Shown in pieces: positions 10,542-20,412 of a stretch of 64,000 nucleotides of DNA. The notes beneath the pieces were generated by a model, which made no database searches, was not told the origin of the DNA, and saw only the letters and a list, made by a program, of their open reading frames with translations. Every line of letters starts with the position of its first letter. Positions within the stretch are counted from its first letter, which is position 1. The translations under genes were made by a program, and so were the position numbers. The stretch comes from a bacterium (GTDB taxonomy: Bacteria > Zhuqueibacterota > QNDG01): the NCBI GenBank assembly GCA_021158245.1, contig JAGGVB010000176.1, positions 8,105-72,104 on the forward strand, given 5' to 3'.

Positions 10542-12338
10542 TTAATGAGTGTAATTAATACCCATATTAATGCGTCTTCCCGGCATAATTACATTGGGAA
10601 TAGTCTCATATCTTGTATTAAGAATATTATTTAAAGAAAAATAGAATGTTTTATTGCCGATCTTAAAAGAAATTTTTGAATTTAAAAGCGTATACGAACT
10701 CATAGAAGGATTATTGCATACCAGAATAAAAAGAGTTTGAGCGACTCTTCTGCTCCAGTTTTCTGTGAAAGATAAAGTGAGATTGTGGGGAGGGACAGTA
10801 AAATCATATTTTGACATGTACGGTTCTGCAGCAATATTCCTGCGCAAGAGATATGTGTAATTTATACGCCATGTTGTCCTGTCTGAATGCATGTAATCCG
10901 CACTTATTGATAATCCTGCGACTTCAGTCCTGCCTCTGTTGACAACTTTCCATATTTCATCAGATGAAAATCTAATCCAGTCGATTTTGTCTTTTTCCCA
11001 CCTTTGAAAAATGGAAAGAGATAATGCAAGCCCTCCTTGAGAGAAGTCTATCCCTGTTTCTGCCGACCATCCTGTCTCAGGTTTTAAAAGAGGATTCCCC
11101 TGGTTTGCAGGAGAGTGATAAAAGAGTTCTGTAAATGTCGGTATTCTGAATATTCTCCCTGCTGATGCTCTGAACATTAAATGAGGAGATATAGAACTTT
11201 TGAAACTCAGAGAAGGGCTGGCCTGTGTTCCCCATGAGTTGTGATAATCAAGCCTTATTCCGCAGTCAATAGCGGATTTATCAGAGATCCCGACAGCCAT
11301 CTCTGCAAAAACAGCTGCAATTGTCTGATATCTTTTGCCTAATGAAGAGCTGTTGAGGTTCTCCTGTGTAAGAGAAGCTCCAATAGCATATTCATTGCTG
11401 TTTCTGGTATAGTTAAGTTGTACATTTGTACCGAATATGTAAGTTTTATGATGGTTTGAGTACCATGATTCCCTTGTTCTGTCAAGTATGAAATCGTCAT
11501 TATGAAAACGGAAGAATCCACGGGAAAAAAGACGCAGAGCAGAAGAGAACTGGTGGAGGAAGTTGATTTTTGAGAATATTGCACCAGTCTTTTCCCTCGA
11601 AGGGAAAGGAGCATAAAAATTATTTGCACCAAAGTTTTTTATGGAAATGCCGGCAGATGAGGATACCCGGTTTTTTCTGTTTATCCATGAATTTCCGTAA
11701 GATGCAGCCATGTTATGATAATCAGTGTCTTCAATATGCCCGTCTGATCTGTTATTTTCAAAAGAAATTTTATGAGTCAGTTTACCAAGTTTAAAAGAGC
11801 AGCTCATGCCGGTATGAACGGTTCTAAAGGAGCCATAGTTAAAAAAATAGCTGATTCCGTTATTGCTGCCTGCCTTTGTAATTATATTGACAACTCCGCC
11901 GTATCCGTCTGGGCCGTACACTGATGATGCGTGCCCTGCAAGGACTTCAATACGTTTGATATCTGATAACGGAACAGGTATATCCATGCTGTGGTGTCCG
12001 GTTTGAGGGTCATTCATCCGTATCCCGTCGACCAGAATCAGAACTTGCTCAAATGATGAGCCCCGTATTGAGATATCAGCCTGTGAATTTCCCAACCCTC
12101 TTGTCCGGATATTAACAGAGGCGATAAGTTCCAGCAGCTCTGTCAATGTATTTACCGGAAGGTTTTTTATATCTTTATTGTCAATAGTGTAGATTTTTCT
12201 GTATCCTTCGGACAGAGTACTTGAGATGCGGGATCCGGTAATAGTAACAGGTTCGCCGAAAAAGAGATTCTGCCCCGCTGCAATTTCTGCATATAGAAGA
12301 TATAAGAATGCTGGTAAATATAGTACTTTATGCTGCAT
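10542..12338 (-). CDS. TonB-dependent outer-membrane receptor (BtuB/CirA-sized).
   Basis: Signal peptide, plug-domain motifs (NIRTRGLGNSQADISIRGSSFEQVLILVDGIRMND) and a beta-barrel-like C-terminal region. 598 aa. Confidence 0.85.
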   Translation of the reverse strand: MQHKVLYLPAFLYLLYAEIAAGQNLFFGEPVTITGSRISSTLSEGYRKIYTIDNKDIKNLPVNTLTELLELIASVNIRTRGLGNSQADISIRGSSFEQVLILVDGIRMNDPQTGHHSMDIPVPLSDIKRIEVLAGHASSVYGPDGYGGVVNIITKAGSNNGISYFFNYGSFRTVHTGMSCSFKLGKLTHKISFENNRSDGHIEDTDYHNMAASYGNSWINRKNRVSSSAGISIKNFGANNFYAPFPSREKTGAIFSKINFLHQFSSALRLFSRGFFRFHNDDFILDRTRESWYSNHHKTYIFGTNVQLNYTRNSNEYAIGASLTQENLNSSSLGKRYQTIAAVFAEMAVGISDKSAIDCGIRLDYHNSWGTQASPSLSFKSSISPHLMFRASAGRIFRIPTFTELFYHSPANQGNPLLKPETGWSAETGIDFSQGGLALSLSIFQRWEKDKIDWIRFSSDEIWKVVNRGRTEVAGLSISADYMHSDRTTWRINYTYLLRRNIAAEPYMSKYDFTVPPHNLTLSFTENWSRRVAQTLFILVCNNPSMSSYTLLNSKISFKIGNKTFYFSLNNILNTRYETIPNVIMPGRRINMGINYTH

Positions 12339-12650
12339 AACTTACCTGAGTTTAATTTATAATAATTATTTATAAAATTTAAATTGTGATATGGTAAATA
12401 TAAAAAGAATAAATGTCAAGGTAAATTAATACAAAAATTTTTATGTCCCGAAAATTTTTGTAAATAAAGCCCTTCAAAGAACCCCAGTGAAGAAAAATCT
12501 CCTGAAATGGGAATAAATATTAAGTGAAAATTTTTTTTAAACTGAATCAGACCATTTTATTATCATAATCTCTTTTTATATGCAAAACTTGATTATAATT
12601 ATCCATGCAATTCGATATAGACCCAACATTTATCATTTGAGACAATCTTT

Positions 12651-14342
12651 TTACTTCAGCCACACTGTAAAATAGGTATACATTGCAGCGAGAAGCACTA
12701 AAACAACAGCTGTGCCGATGACATCCCACTTGTTCCAGCTGGCCCGGTTTTCCGCTTTGTCTCTTTCAGATGTCGTGGTAAAGGTCAGCCCCGCGATCTG
12801 CTTTGGATCAGGCGCCTTAGTCATCAAGGAAACAGATACAATTATAATCACACTGATTGCCATTAACCAGCCGGAAGCATAAAGGAAGTTGTAGTTCCCA
12901 ATTGCAACCAGCCATACAGGTCCGCTGATAGTGCTGCTGCCCACGAGAGCTTGAATACCAAGCTTTGCCATCCCAAGGATAAATCCTGCCGAAAGGCCGG
13001 CAACCGCACCATTGGCATTGATGCGTTTTACAAACAGCCCCAGCAGGAATACAGCTGTAATGGGCGGAGCTAAATAACCCTGCACACTCTGCAGATATTG
13101 ATAGAGGCCGCCCTTGGAGATCATGGGCATCACGGGAATCCATAGTATCCCCAATGCTACAACAACCCCGGTGGCTATCCGCCCGACATTTACAAGACGG
13201 CGTTCCGAGGCACCGGGACGTATTTTTTCATAGACATCCATAGTAAAAAGAGATGCGCAGGAATTAAATAAAGATGACAACGAGCTCATCAGAGCTGCCA
13301 TGAGACCGCCCACAACCAGACCGCGCAGTCCGACAGGCAGCAGGGTAGCAACCATTATAGGAAAAACCTTATCTCCGTTAAGTACCGCTTGACCATCTAC
13401 CATTTTTGTGGGGATTGTAATAAGGCCTTTTTGATTAAGAGCATAGCCAATCATACCGGGAATCAGAAAAAGAAGTACCGGCCCGAGCTTTAAAAAGGCA
13501 CCCCAAATTGCTCCACGGCGGGCATTCTGTAAATTTTTTGCAGCTAGGGTTCTCTGAACAATATATTGATCGGTACACCAGTACCAGATTCCAATAATGG
13601 GTGAAGCAATCAATACTCCCAGCCATGGGAAATTTGGATCTGAGCTGGGCCGCCAGAGGGCAAAATTTGCAGAATTTTGGCGGCAAATCTCTACTAACTC
13701 GTTCCAGCCTCCCAATTTGTGCAGACCGAACAGTGTAATTAAAGCCGATCCTATAATCAAAATAAAAGTTTGGGCAGTATCCGTGTAAACAACGGCCCGC
13801 AGGCCGCCAAGTACAGTGTATATCCCTGTTAATAAAACCGTAGCCAGTGCCCCTACCCAGAAAGCATTTTCCGGCGAACCGAACGTATCAGGAAGCAGCG
13901 TTCCGAAAACCATTCCTCCTGCATAAACGGTAACCGAAACCTTAGTGAAAATGTAGGCAACTAAAGAGACAAGCGAAAGAATCCAGCGTGCTTTGGCATT
14001 AAATCGTTTTTCTAAAAACTCCGGCATCGTAAAAACGCCCGCTCTTTGATAAAAAGGGACAAAAACCCAGGCCAGCATTATCAGAACCCAGGCATGAAGT
14101 TCCCAATGGGCCATACCCATACCGCTGACAGCACCGTTCCCTGCGAGGCCAACAATATGTTCAGAACCGATATTAGAAGCAAAAATAGATGCACCGATTA
14201 CAAACCAGCCGATGTTACGTCCGGCAAGAAAATAATCGGATGTTGTTTTCTGATTACGGGCAGACCACCAGACAAGAATGACGATACTGAAAAAATATGC
14301 TCCGATCACCAGCCAATCCCATGAAGCTAATCCTGCTGTCAT
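12651..14342 (-). CDS. Sodium:solute symporter (SSS/SglT family), probable sugar (arabinose?) transporter.
   Basis: SSS signature DYFLAGRNIGWFVIGASIFASNIGSEHIVGLAG and about 13-14 TM segments. 563 aa. Co-directional with araBAD-like genes. Confidence 0.9.
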   Translation of the reverse strand: MTAGLASWDWLVIGAYFFSIVILVWWSARNQKTTSDYFLAGRNIGWFVIGASIFASNIGSEHIVGLAGNGAVSGMGMAHWELHAWVLIMLAWVFVPFYQRAGVFTMPEFLEKRFNAKARWILSLVSLVAYIFTKVSVTVYAGGMVFGTLLPDTFGSPENAFWVGALATVLLTGIYTVLGGLRAVVYTDTAQTFILIIGSALITLFGLHKLGGWNELVEICRQNSANFALWRPSSDPNFPWLGVLIASPIIGIWYWCTDQYIVQRTLAAKNLQNARRGAIWGAFLKLGPVLLFLIPGMIGYALNQKGLITIPTKMVDGQAVLNGDKVFPIMVATLLPVGLRGLVVGGLMAALMSSLSSLFNSCASLFTMDVYEKIRPGASERRLVNVGRIATGVVVALGILWIPVMPMISKGGLYQYLQSVQGYLAPPITAVFLLGLFVKRINANGAVAGLSAGFILGMAKLGIQALVGSSTISGPVWLVAIGNYNFLYASGWLMAISVIIIVSVSLMTKAPDPKQIAGLTFTTTSERDKAENRASWNKWDVIGTAVVLVLLAAMYTYFTVWLK

Positions 14343-14380
14343 AACTATTCCCCTTCCTCTACATCATAATTTCATTGTAA

Positions 14381-15853
14381 TCAGGCAAATGGATTTTCCG
14401 TTTTATATATCATCGTTTTGGGATAATTAAATCCTATATCTTCCACCCCCAGCATGCGCAGTGTACTGAACAAGGCTTTGCCAACATGGGAGAATGCGAC
14501 AGCAGTGTGATGCGGAAAACGTTTCTCAATAAGGACATGGCGGTAGAAACGGCCCATCTCAGGTATGGCAAACACACCTATGCTGCCGAATGATTTTGGG
14601 TCAATATCGAGAATCTCTCCCTGGGCGATATAAGACCTGAGCTGTGTGTCTGCGGTAGACTGCAGCCGGAAAAGAGTAATCTCCCCTGGACGAATGCGTC
14701 CTTCCAAAGTACCTCTGGTGATGTCGGGGTTTTTACCAGACTCCATGAGCCGATGCATAATTAACTGATATTTCATGCTATAATTCAACATACAGGAAGA
14801 TGATGTATTACCGCAGTGGAAGCCCATGAACAGATCAGATAACTTGAATTTCTTTAATTGCCCATCTGTAAGGTCCGCAGGTACAGTGTTATTTATATCC
14901 AGAATAGTCGGTGGGAGAAGCGAGGCGCAAGCTGCCATATATTCAGACATTGCTCCATAAATATCCACTTCGCAAGCAACTGGAATACCGCGGGCCGCCA
15001 GACGGGAGTTTACAAAACAGGGGACAAATCCGAAATATTTTTCAAAAGAAGGCCAGCATTTATTGGCAAATATACCAAAAGACGCCAATCCGAGATTTTC
15101 AGTCATAAATTCTGTCAGAGCCACTTCATACTGAGCCAGTTTATTCAATAGATCAGGGTAATTATTCCCGGTGCCCAGCTCGGCAGCCATTTCCCGGGCC
15201 ACTTCCGGAATTTTCGGGTTGCCCTCTGCGGAACGATAAATATCATACAGGTCCAGTTCACTGTTTTCCATAATCTCCACACCCAGATCATAAAGGGGCT
15301 TGATGGGTGCATTGCAGGCTAAGAAATCCTGGGGCCTGGGGCCAAAGGAAAATATCTTCAAATTTTTCAAACCGATCCAGGTACGGGCGACAGGCAGAAA
15401 ATCGCCGATCATTCGCGCAACCTCTTCCGGTAAGCCCACCGGATATTCCGGAATATGCGGCCTCAAGTTCCTAAGTCCGACATTATAAGAGGCATTAAGC
15501 AGGCCGCAAAAGGCATCTCCTCGGCCCTGAATCAAATTGGATCCGGTCTCTTCAGCAGCAGCGGCAAACATCACCGGTCCGTCAAATTCCTGAGCCAGCA
15601 TAGTTTCCGGCGTCTCCGGGCCGAAGTTTCCGAGGTAAATCACCAGCCCGTTTACTTTAGCTTCATTCATCTGCATAATGGCCTTGGCAACATGAGACTC
15701 ATTTTCTACTATCGTCTCAATTTCAACTACGGGTAATCCCATTTTTGTACATACAGCAGTAACTTTACGCCGTCGTTCCCTGGACAGCTCCACCGGGAAG
15801 CAGTCGCGGCTCACTGCAACAATTCCGAGTTTAATTTCAGGAATATTGTCCAT
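14381..15853 (-). CDS. L-fucose-isomerase-family sugar isomerase, probably acting as L-arabinose isomerase in this locus.
   Basis: 490 aa. I could not align a canonical AraA N-terminus onto it. Its position immediately downstream of araB-araD in the slot normally held by araA suggests the AraA role. The FucI/AraA-superfamily assignment is from overall sequence character and needs HMM confirmation. Confidence 0.7.
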   Translation of the reverse strand: MDNIPEIKLGIVAVSRDCFPVELSRERRRKVTAVCTKMGLPVVEIETIVENESHVAKAIMQMNEAKVNGLVIYLGNFGPETPETMLAQEFDGPVMFAAAAEETGSNLIQGRGDAFCGLLNASYNVGLRNLRPHIPEYPVGLPEEVARMIGDFLPVARTWIGLKNLKIFSFGPRPQDFLACNAPIKPLYDLGVEIMENSELDLYDIYRSAEGNPKIPEVAREMAAELGTGNNYPDLLNKLAQYEVALTEFMTENLGLASFGIFANKCWPSFEKYFGFVPCFVNSRLAARGIPVACEVDIYGAMSEYMAACASLLPPTILDINNTVPADLTDGQLKKFKLSDLFMGFHCGNTSSSCMLNYSMKYQLIMHRLMESGKNPDITRGTLEGRIRPGEITLFRLQSTADTQLRSYIAQGEILDIDPKSFGSIGVFAIPEMGRFYRHVLIEKRFPHHTAVAFSHVGKALFSTLRMLGVEDIGFNYPKTMIYKTENPFA

Positions 15854-15882
15854 ATGTTTAAGACCTCCCTAATAATGAAATG

Positions 15883-16578
15883 TCATTTTTGTCCGTAATA
15901 GGCATCCGTGCCGTGTTTTCTTTGAAAATGTTTATTGATGAGTGTATTTTTCAAATAAGATACTTCAGGATTTATCTGCAGAGTCAGCGCAGCTATTTTT
16001 GCAATTGATTCCAGAATCTGACTATGCTTTACTGAATCCAGGGCAGTTGCGCCCCAGGTAAAGGGACCGTGGCCGGCAGCCAAAACCATCGTTACATCTT
16101 CAGTAGACAGGTTACGGAGCAGATTAACGATCTGTCTGCCCGTTTCAATTTCATAATCACCCCGGATCTGTTCATCGCTCAACATTTTTGTACAGGGCAC
16201 TTCCAGGGGTAAAAAATCAGCATGAGTCGTCCCCAGGACAGGGATTGGTTTCATTGCCTGGGCCCAGGCAGTCGCATAGGTCGAATGAGTATGAGTTATC
16301 CCGTCGATTCCAGGGATATTTTGATAAAGCACCAGATGTGTAGGAGCATCAGTAGAGGGTATTAGTTTACTATCAACAACAGCACCGTTAAAATCTACAA
16401 CAACCATATCCTGTTGTTTCATATCAGTATAAGCCAGGCCGCTGGGTTTTATGGCAAACACCCCCTTTGCCCGGTCAGCAGCGCTAACATTACCAAAAGT
16501 ACCAAAAACCAGTCCGCTTTTTGCCAGAGCCTGATTCGCTTCCCAGGCTTCTTCTTTTAGTGATTTATAACTGTTCAT
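15883..16578 (-). CDS. araD: L-ribulose-5-phosphate 4-epimerase.
   Basis: Class II aldolase/adducin fold, 231 aa. Alignable by eye to E. coli AraD (GNVSAADRAKGVFAIKPSG; THLVLYQ; HTHSTYATAWAQ; HGPFTWG; KHGTDAYYGQ at the C-terminus). Confidence 0.9.
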   Translation of the reverse strand: MNSYKSLKEEAWEANQALAKSGLVFGTFGNVSAADRAKGVFAIKPSGLAYTDMKQQDMVVVDFNGAVVDSKLIPSTDAPTHLVLYQNIPGIDGITHTHSTYATAWAQAMKPIPVLGTTHADFLPLEVPCTKMLSDEQIRGDYEIETGRQIVNLLRNLSTEDVTMVLAAGHGPFTWGATALDSVKHSQILESIAKIAALTLQINPEVSYLKNTLINKHFQRKHGTDAYYGQK

Positions 16579-16580
16579 GT

Positions 16581-18251
16581 CTATTCTCCTGCTGCTGTTT
16601 TTTCAATAAAAGCACCAAGCTCCTTATATTTTTCATATAGACGATCATATAGTTTCACATTCCCGGCATGGGGTATGTAGGTCTGTTCAAAACCCTGGCC
16701 CATTCTTTCTTGAGCGTCCTGCAGAGATGTGAAAATCCCAGCAGCAGTTGCACCTGCCATGGCACTGCCTAACGCGACAGTCTGTTCAGACCGAGTGATT
16801 CGCATAGGCATATTCAAAACATCAGAGATTGTCTGCATAATAAAAGGATTTTTTTTAGCTACTCCGCCCGTTCCGATAATACCATGAATGGGTATACCCT
16901 CACTTATAAATCGATCAACAATGGCTTTAGCTCCAAAAGCGGTAGCCTCAACTAGAGTTTTGAATATTCTGGATGCATCAGTTGATAAATTTAAGCCTGT
17001 TATACCCATTTTAAGCCTCTGGTTGGCATCCGGACTACGCCTGCCGTTAAGCCAGTCTACTGCAATAGGGCCCGAAGGATCTACTGGTAAGACTTCTGCT
17101 GCTTTTGACAGGGCAGGAATAATTTTATCTTCTAATTCCCCAAATCCGATACCATTACTTCCGTGGATTTCCTGCCGGGGAAAAGGAAACATCAGTATAT
17201 CGCGAAACCAGGCATAAACATCGCCAAATGATGATTGCCCTGCTTCCATACCCAGCATCCCTGGCAATACCGATCCGTCCACCTGGCCGCAAATACCATG
17301 TACCAGCCTGTTTTCGACATCTTTCATAGGCGCTACCAGAATATCACAAGTAGAGGTACCCATAACTTTGCATAGATGATATGGTTCTATCTGTGCTCCT
17401 ACCGCACCAAGATGTGCATCAAAAGCTCCGACCGCTACTTGGACGTCTGTTCCAAGTCCCAATCGTTCAGACCATTCCCTGCTTAAATTACCGGCAGACA
17501 CATCTGCAGTAAAGGTTTCAGAATAAAGCCTCTCCCGAAGCCCTGATAATCGATTGTCCAGAGATGAAAGGAATGTTTCAGGAGGCAAGCCCTTCCATGC
17601 AGTATGCCATAAAGCTTTATGCCCTGCTGCACATCTGCTGCGCTTAATAGCTGCTGCATCACTGTTTCCTGTAAGAAGCGCAGGCATCCAATCACAATGC
17701 TCCATCCAGGAATAGGCGGCATCTTTTACTTGGTTATCTTCCCGAAGAACGTGCAGGATTTTGGCCCAGAACCATTCGGAAGAATAGATTCCCCCGACAT
17801 ACTTTATATAATTATTCCCCGTACTGCTGCTGCAGGCAGCATTTATCTCTTCTGCTTCAGCGACTGCAGTATGGTCTTTCCATAATATAAACATGGCATT
17901 GGGATTGTTGCGGAATCTTTCATATAAAGCCAGAGGAACTCCTTTTTTATCAACTGCACAAGGCGTAGAGCCGGTAGTGTCAATGCCGATTGCCTTAACA
18001 GCGGAAGCTGTACTTTCAGGTGCTTGTGATAAAGCAGTTTTAACTGCAGTCTCAAATGCTTCTATATAATCCATAGGATGCTGCCGAAACTGATTAGCGG
18101 CAGGATCACAGTAACGACCCTCTTTCCAGCGTGCATATTCGCAGACTGCGGACGTAATTTCCCTGCCGTTATCAGAATCAACAATCAATATACGTACGGA
18201 ATCTGTTCCGAAATCAGCACCTATCACATAACGATTATCCATGACCGTCAT
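16581..18251 (-). CDS. araB: Ribulokinase (FGGY family).
   Basis: 556 aa with strong by-eye similarity to E. coli AraB (NQFRQHPMDYIEAFETAVKTAL; NPNAMFILWKDHTAVAEAEEI; YIGGIYSSEWFWAKILHV; ICGQVDGSVLPGMLGMEAGQSSFGDVYAWF). Confidence 0.9.
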   Translation of the reverse strand: MTVMDNRYVIGADFGTDSVRILIVDSDNGREITSAVCEYARWKEGRYCDPAANQFRQHPMDYIEAFETAVKTALSQAPESTASAVKAIGIDTTGSTPCAVDKKGVPLALYERFRNNPNAMFILWKDHTAVAEAEEINAACSSSTGNNYIKYVGGIYSSEWFWAKILHVLREDNQVKDAAYSWMEHCDWMPALLTGNSDAAAIKRSRCAAGHKALWHTAWKGLPPETFLSSLDNRLSGLRERLYSETFTADVSAGNLSREWSERLGLGTDVQVAVGAFDAHLGAVGAQIEPYHLCKVMGTSTCDILVAPMKDVENRLVHGICGQVDGSVLPGMLGMEAGQSSFGDVYAWFRDILMFPFPRQEIHGSNGIGFGELEDKIIPALSKAAEVLPVDPSGPIAVDWLNGRRSPDANQRLKMGITGLNLSTDASRIFKTLVEATAFGAKAIVDRFISEGIPIHGIIGTGGVAKKNPFIMQTISDVLNMPMRITRSEQTVALGSAMAGATAAGIFTSLQDAQERMGQGFEQTYIPHAGNVKLYDRLYEKYKELGAFIEKTAAGE

Positions 18252-18254
18252 CCT

Positions 18255-19292
18255 TTAATCTTTTTGGTAAAAATCTACATTTTCCCTGGTTATGATATCA
18301 ATAGGCATCATCACAGTCGGAGTCACCGCCTCATTTAAAACCACTTTTCTGAACAGCAAATAAATACCGCGATACCCTTGTTGGCGTGATTGCTGACTTA
18401 TAAGAAAATCAATTAAGCCCCGTTTTAAATAAGTAATATTTTCCCTGATGAGATCGTAACCAATCACATGGATTTTATCGGATTTATTCTGCTTCTCAAT
18501 TACCTGTGCAGCACAATATGTAAGAGCATGAGATATAAAGAGCCCCTTTACACCTGTATACTCTGTCAATATTGATTCGATTCCTTTACTGAGATATTGG
18601 ACACTGCCTTCAGGCGGAGTATCTATGATTACCGGTGCAGTCAGATTATTTTCTGAATAATACTCGGCAAAACCGTTAATTCTCTGCTTAATATGATAAT
18701 CACAGGAGAGCCCGCGAATGGCAACAATAGTGGACTGGCTGTCAGTCAGCAGACTCATCAGGCGGCCGGCTAAATATCCGCTGGCATAAGAATCCTGGAC
18801 GATACTGCATAATCCGTTACTATCCGGCACCGGCGAATCAAAGAATACACAGGGGATATTATCAGACAGCCGGTCGGCGAATTCTCTGGCAATTGCTGAT
18901 GAAGAAGGCGCCATTAAATAACCATCCAGTTTTGCCTGAAGAGCCTCTTCACAAGATTTAGAAAAAGACATGTTAGAATAACGGTCATATTGGAAATAAC
19001 GGATTGATATACGATGTGCCTCAAGCTCCTTTGCAGCCTTGTTTATACCGATAGAAGGCAGTTTCCAATAACCGCTGTCTTGTTCATACTCAGGCATTAT
19101 GACGCCGAATGTAAATGTTCTGGATAGTTTTAGCTGACGGGCAAAAATATTGGGCGTGTATTTGAGTTTATCAATAGCCTTGAGAACCCGGACCTCTGCA
19201 TTATGCGACACATTCCCCCGTTTGTGGAGCACACGGTCAACAGTACCAATGGAAACATCTGCTTGATCAGCGATCTCTTTTATAGTTGCCAT
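18255..19292 (-). CDS. LacI-family transcriptional regulator, likely controlling the downstream arabinose genes.
   Basis: N-terminal HTH MATIKEIADQADVSIGTVDRVLHKRGNVS plus a periplasmic-binding-protein-like sugar-binding core. First gene of the minus-strand block. Confidence 0.9.
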   Translation of the reverse strand: MATIKEIADQADVSIGTVDRVLHKRGNVSHNAEVRVLKAIDKLKYTPNIFARQLKLSRTFTFGVIMPEYEQDSGYWKLPSIGINKAAKELEAHRISIRYFQYDRYSNMSFSKSCEEALQAKLDGYLMAPSSSAIAREFADRLSDNIPCVFFDSPVPDSNGLCSIVQDSYASGYLAGRLMSLLTDSQSTIVAIRGLSCDYHIKQRINGFAEYYSENNLTAPVIIDTPPEGSVQYLSKGIESILTEYTGVKGLFISHALTYCAAQVIEKQNKSDKIHVIGYDLIRENITYLKRGLIDFLISQQSRQQGYRGIYLLFRKVVLNEAVTPTVMMPIDIITRENVDFYQKD

Positions 19293-19402
19293 TAAATTTT
19301 TCCTGTATGAACCGTAAAACTGTTAACGTACACAGAAAAGTAGAGAAACAAAGATCAAAAGTCAAGTATTTTATATAAATAACTTAGGGGCAGCACTATT
19401 TT

Positions 19403-19431
19403 TTGACTTTTATTCCTGTACATTGTATATT
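19403..19431 (+). promoter_or_regulatory. Sigma70-like promoter candidate for the DUF89 gene: TTGACT - 17 nt - TATATT.
   Basis: Hexamers at 19403-19408 and 19426-19431 with a 17-nt spacer, about 40 nt upstream of the ATG at 19473. The divergent intergenic region is shared with the LacI-family gene. Confidence 0.35.
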
Positions 19432-19472
19432 GTCGTCAGCCGGAAATACTATTAATTAGAGAGCCATAAAAA

Positions 19473-20330
19473 ATGAAATCCGACATCCAATGCCTTTACT
19501 GTCTAATCAAACAGGCATATAATACAGCCCGTATTGCCACATCTGACAAGAGTATCCAACGCAGGATATTAAACCTGATGGCTGACAAGATTCCTCAGGC
19601 CGACCTGTCTGAATCTCCGGCTGTTCTCTCAACACCTGTTTACAGCCTTGTCTCAGAAGTGACCGGGATTCCTGATCCCTATTATCAAATCAAACGACAG
19701 ACAAATCGGGAGGCAATGGCATTGATTCCTCAACTACATCCCCTCATCGACGCTGCTGCTGATCCACTTGATGCAGCCCTCCATTTGGCCGTGGCCGGCA
19801 ACATTATTGATCTTGGTATCGGACACGAATTTAATATTGCCGTAGATATAAAGAGCATCCTCCACGTACCCTTTGCAGTCAACAATGAGACCGACTTCCG
19901 CGAGGAACTGACTGCCGGTCGAAAACTGCTCTATCTGGGAGACAATTCCGGTGAGATCGTATTTGACCGCTTGCTGATTGAATATCTTCTGCAGTTTGAT
20001 CTTAAAATTACCTATGTTGTTAAGTCAGGACCGATTATTAATGATGTACTCATGGAAGATGCTGAAGAGGCCGGTATAACCTCACTGGTTCCTGTCATCA
20101 AAACAGGCTCCAGCGACATAGGAGTAAATTTTAATAATGCATCCGGATCATTTATAGAAGCCTTTGAATCTGCTGATGTCATCATCTCTAAAGGTCACGG
20201 TAATTTTGAATCATGTGAGCATCGCTCTGAAAACATCTATTTTCTCCTGAAGGCCAAATGTGAAGTGGTAGCTGATGCCCTGGGTGTAAATTTGGGTGAT
20301 ATTGTATTTAAGAGGAATGTTCAGAAATAA
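19473..20330 (+). CDS. DUF89/ARMT1-like protein (damage-control sugar-phosphate phosphatase family).
   Basis: Motifs YLGDNSGEIVFD (DNxGE) and ISKGHGNFES (KGxGNxE) recalled as DUF89 hallmarks. 285 aa. Confidence 0.65.
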   Translation: MKSDIQCLYCLIKQAYNTARIATSDKSIQRRILNLMADKIPQADLSESPAVLSTPVYSLVSEVTGIPDPYYQIKRQTNREAMALIPQLHPLIDAAADPLDAALHLAVAGNIIDLGIGHEFNIAVDIKSILHVPFAVNNETDFREELTAGRKLLYLGDNSGEIVFDRLLIEYLLQFDLKITYVVKSGPIINDVLMEDAEEAGITSLVPVIKTGSSDIGVNFNNASGSFIEAFESADVIISKGHGNFESCEHRSENIYFLLKAKCEVVADALGVNLGDIVFKRNVQK

Positions 20331-20412
20331 ATAAATTTTACCATAAAAAAAATCAGAATAGTTCATGATTTTCTTAAACCGTATCCTGTAAATTCTGTCT
20401 AATAAAATTTTT

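Noticed and set aside
10542-12338. TonB-dependent receptor as a SusC-like component of the arabinose locus.
   Set aside because: At 598 aa it is far shorter than SusC-type transporters, there is no SusD-like partner, and it is separated from the symporter gene by 312 nt. I treat it as an independent gene.
12339-12650. Possible cobalamin riboswitch upstream of the 598-aa TonB-dependent (BtuB-sized) receptor.
   Set aside because: I scanned both strands and found no B12-box-like element (GCCACUG context) or GC-rich multi-stem structure. The region is very AT-rich, with only a short cttca/tgaag hairpin.
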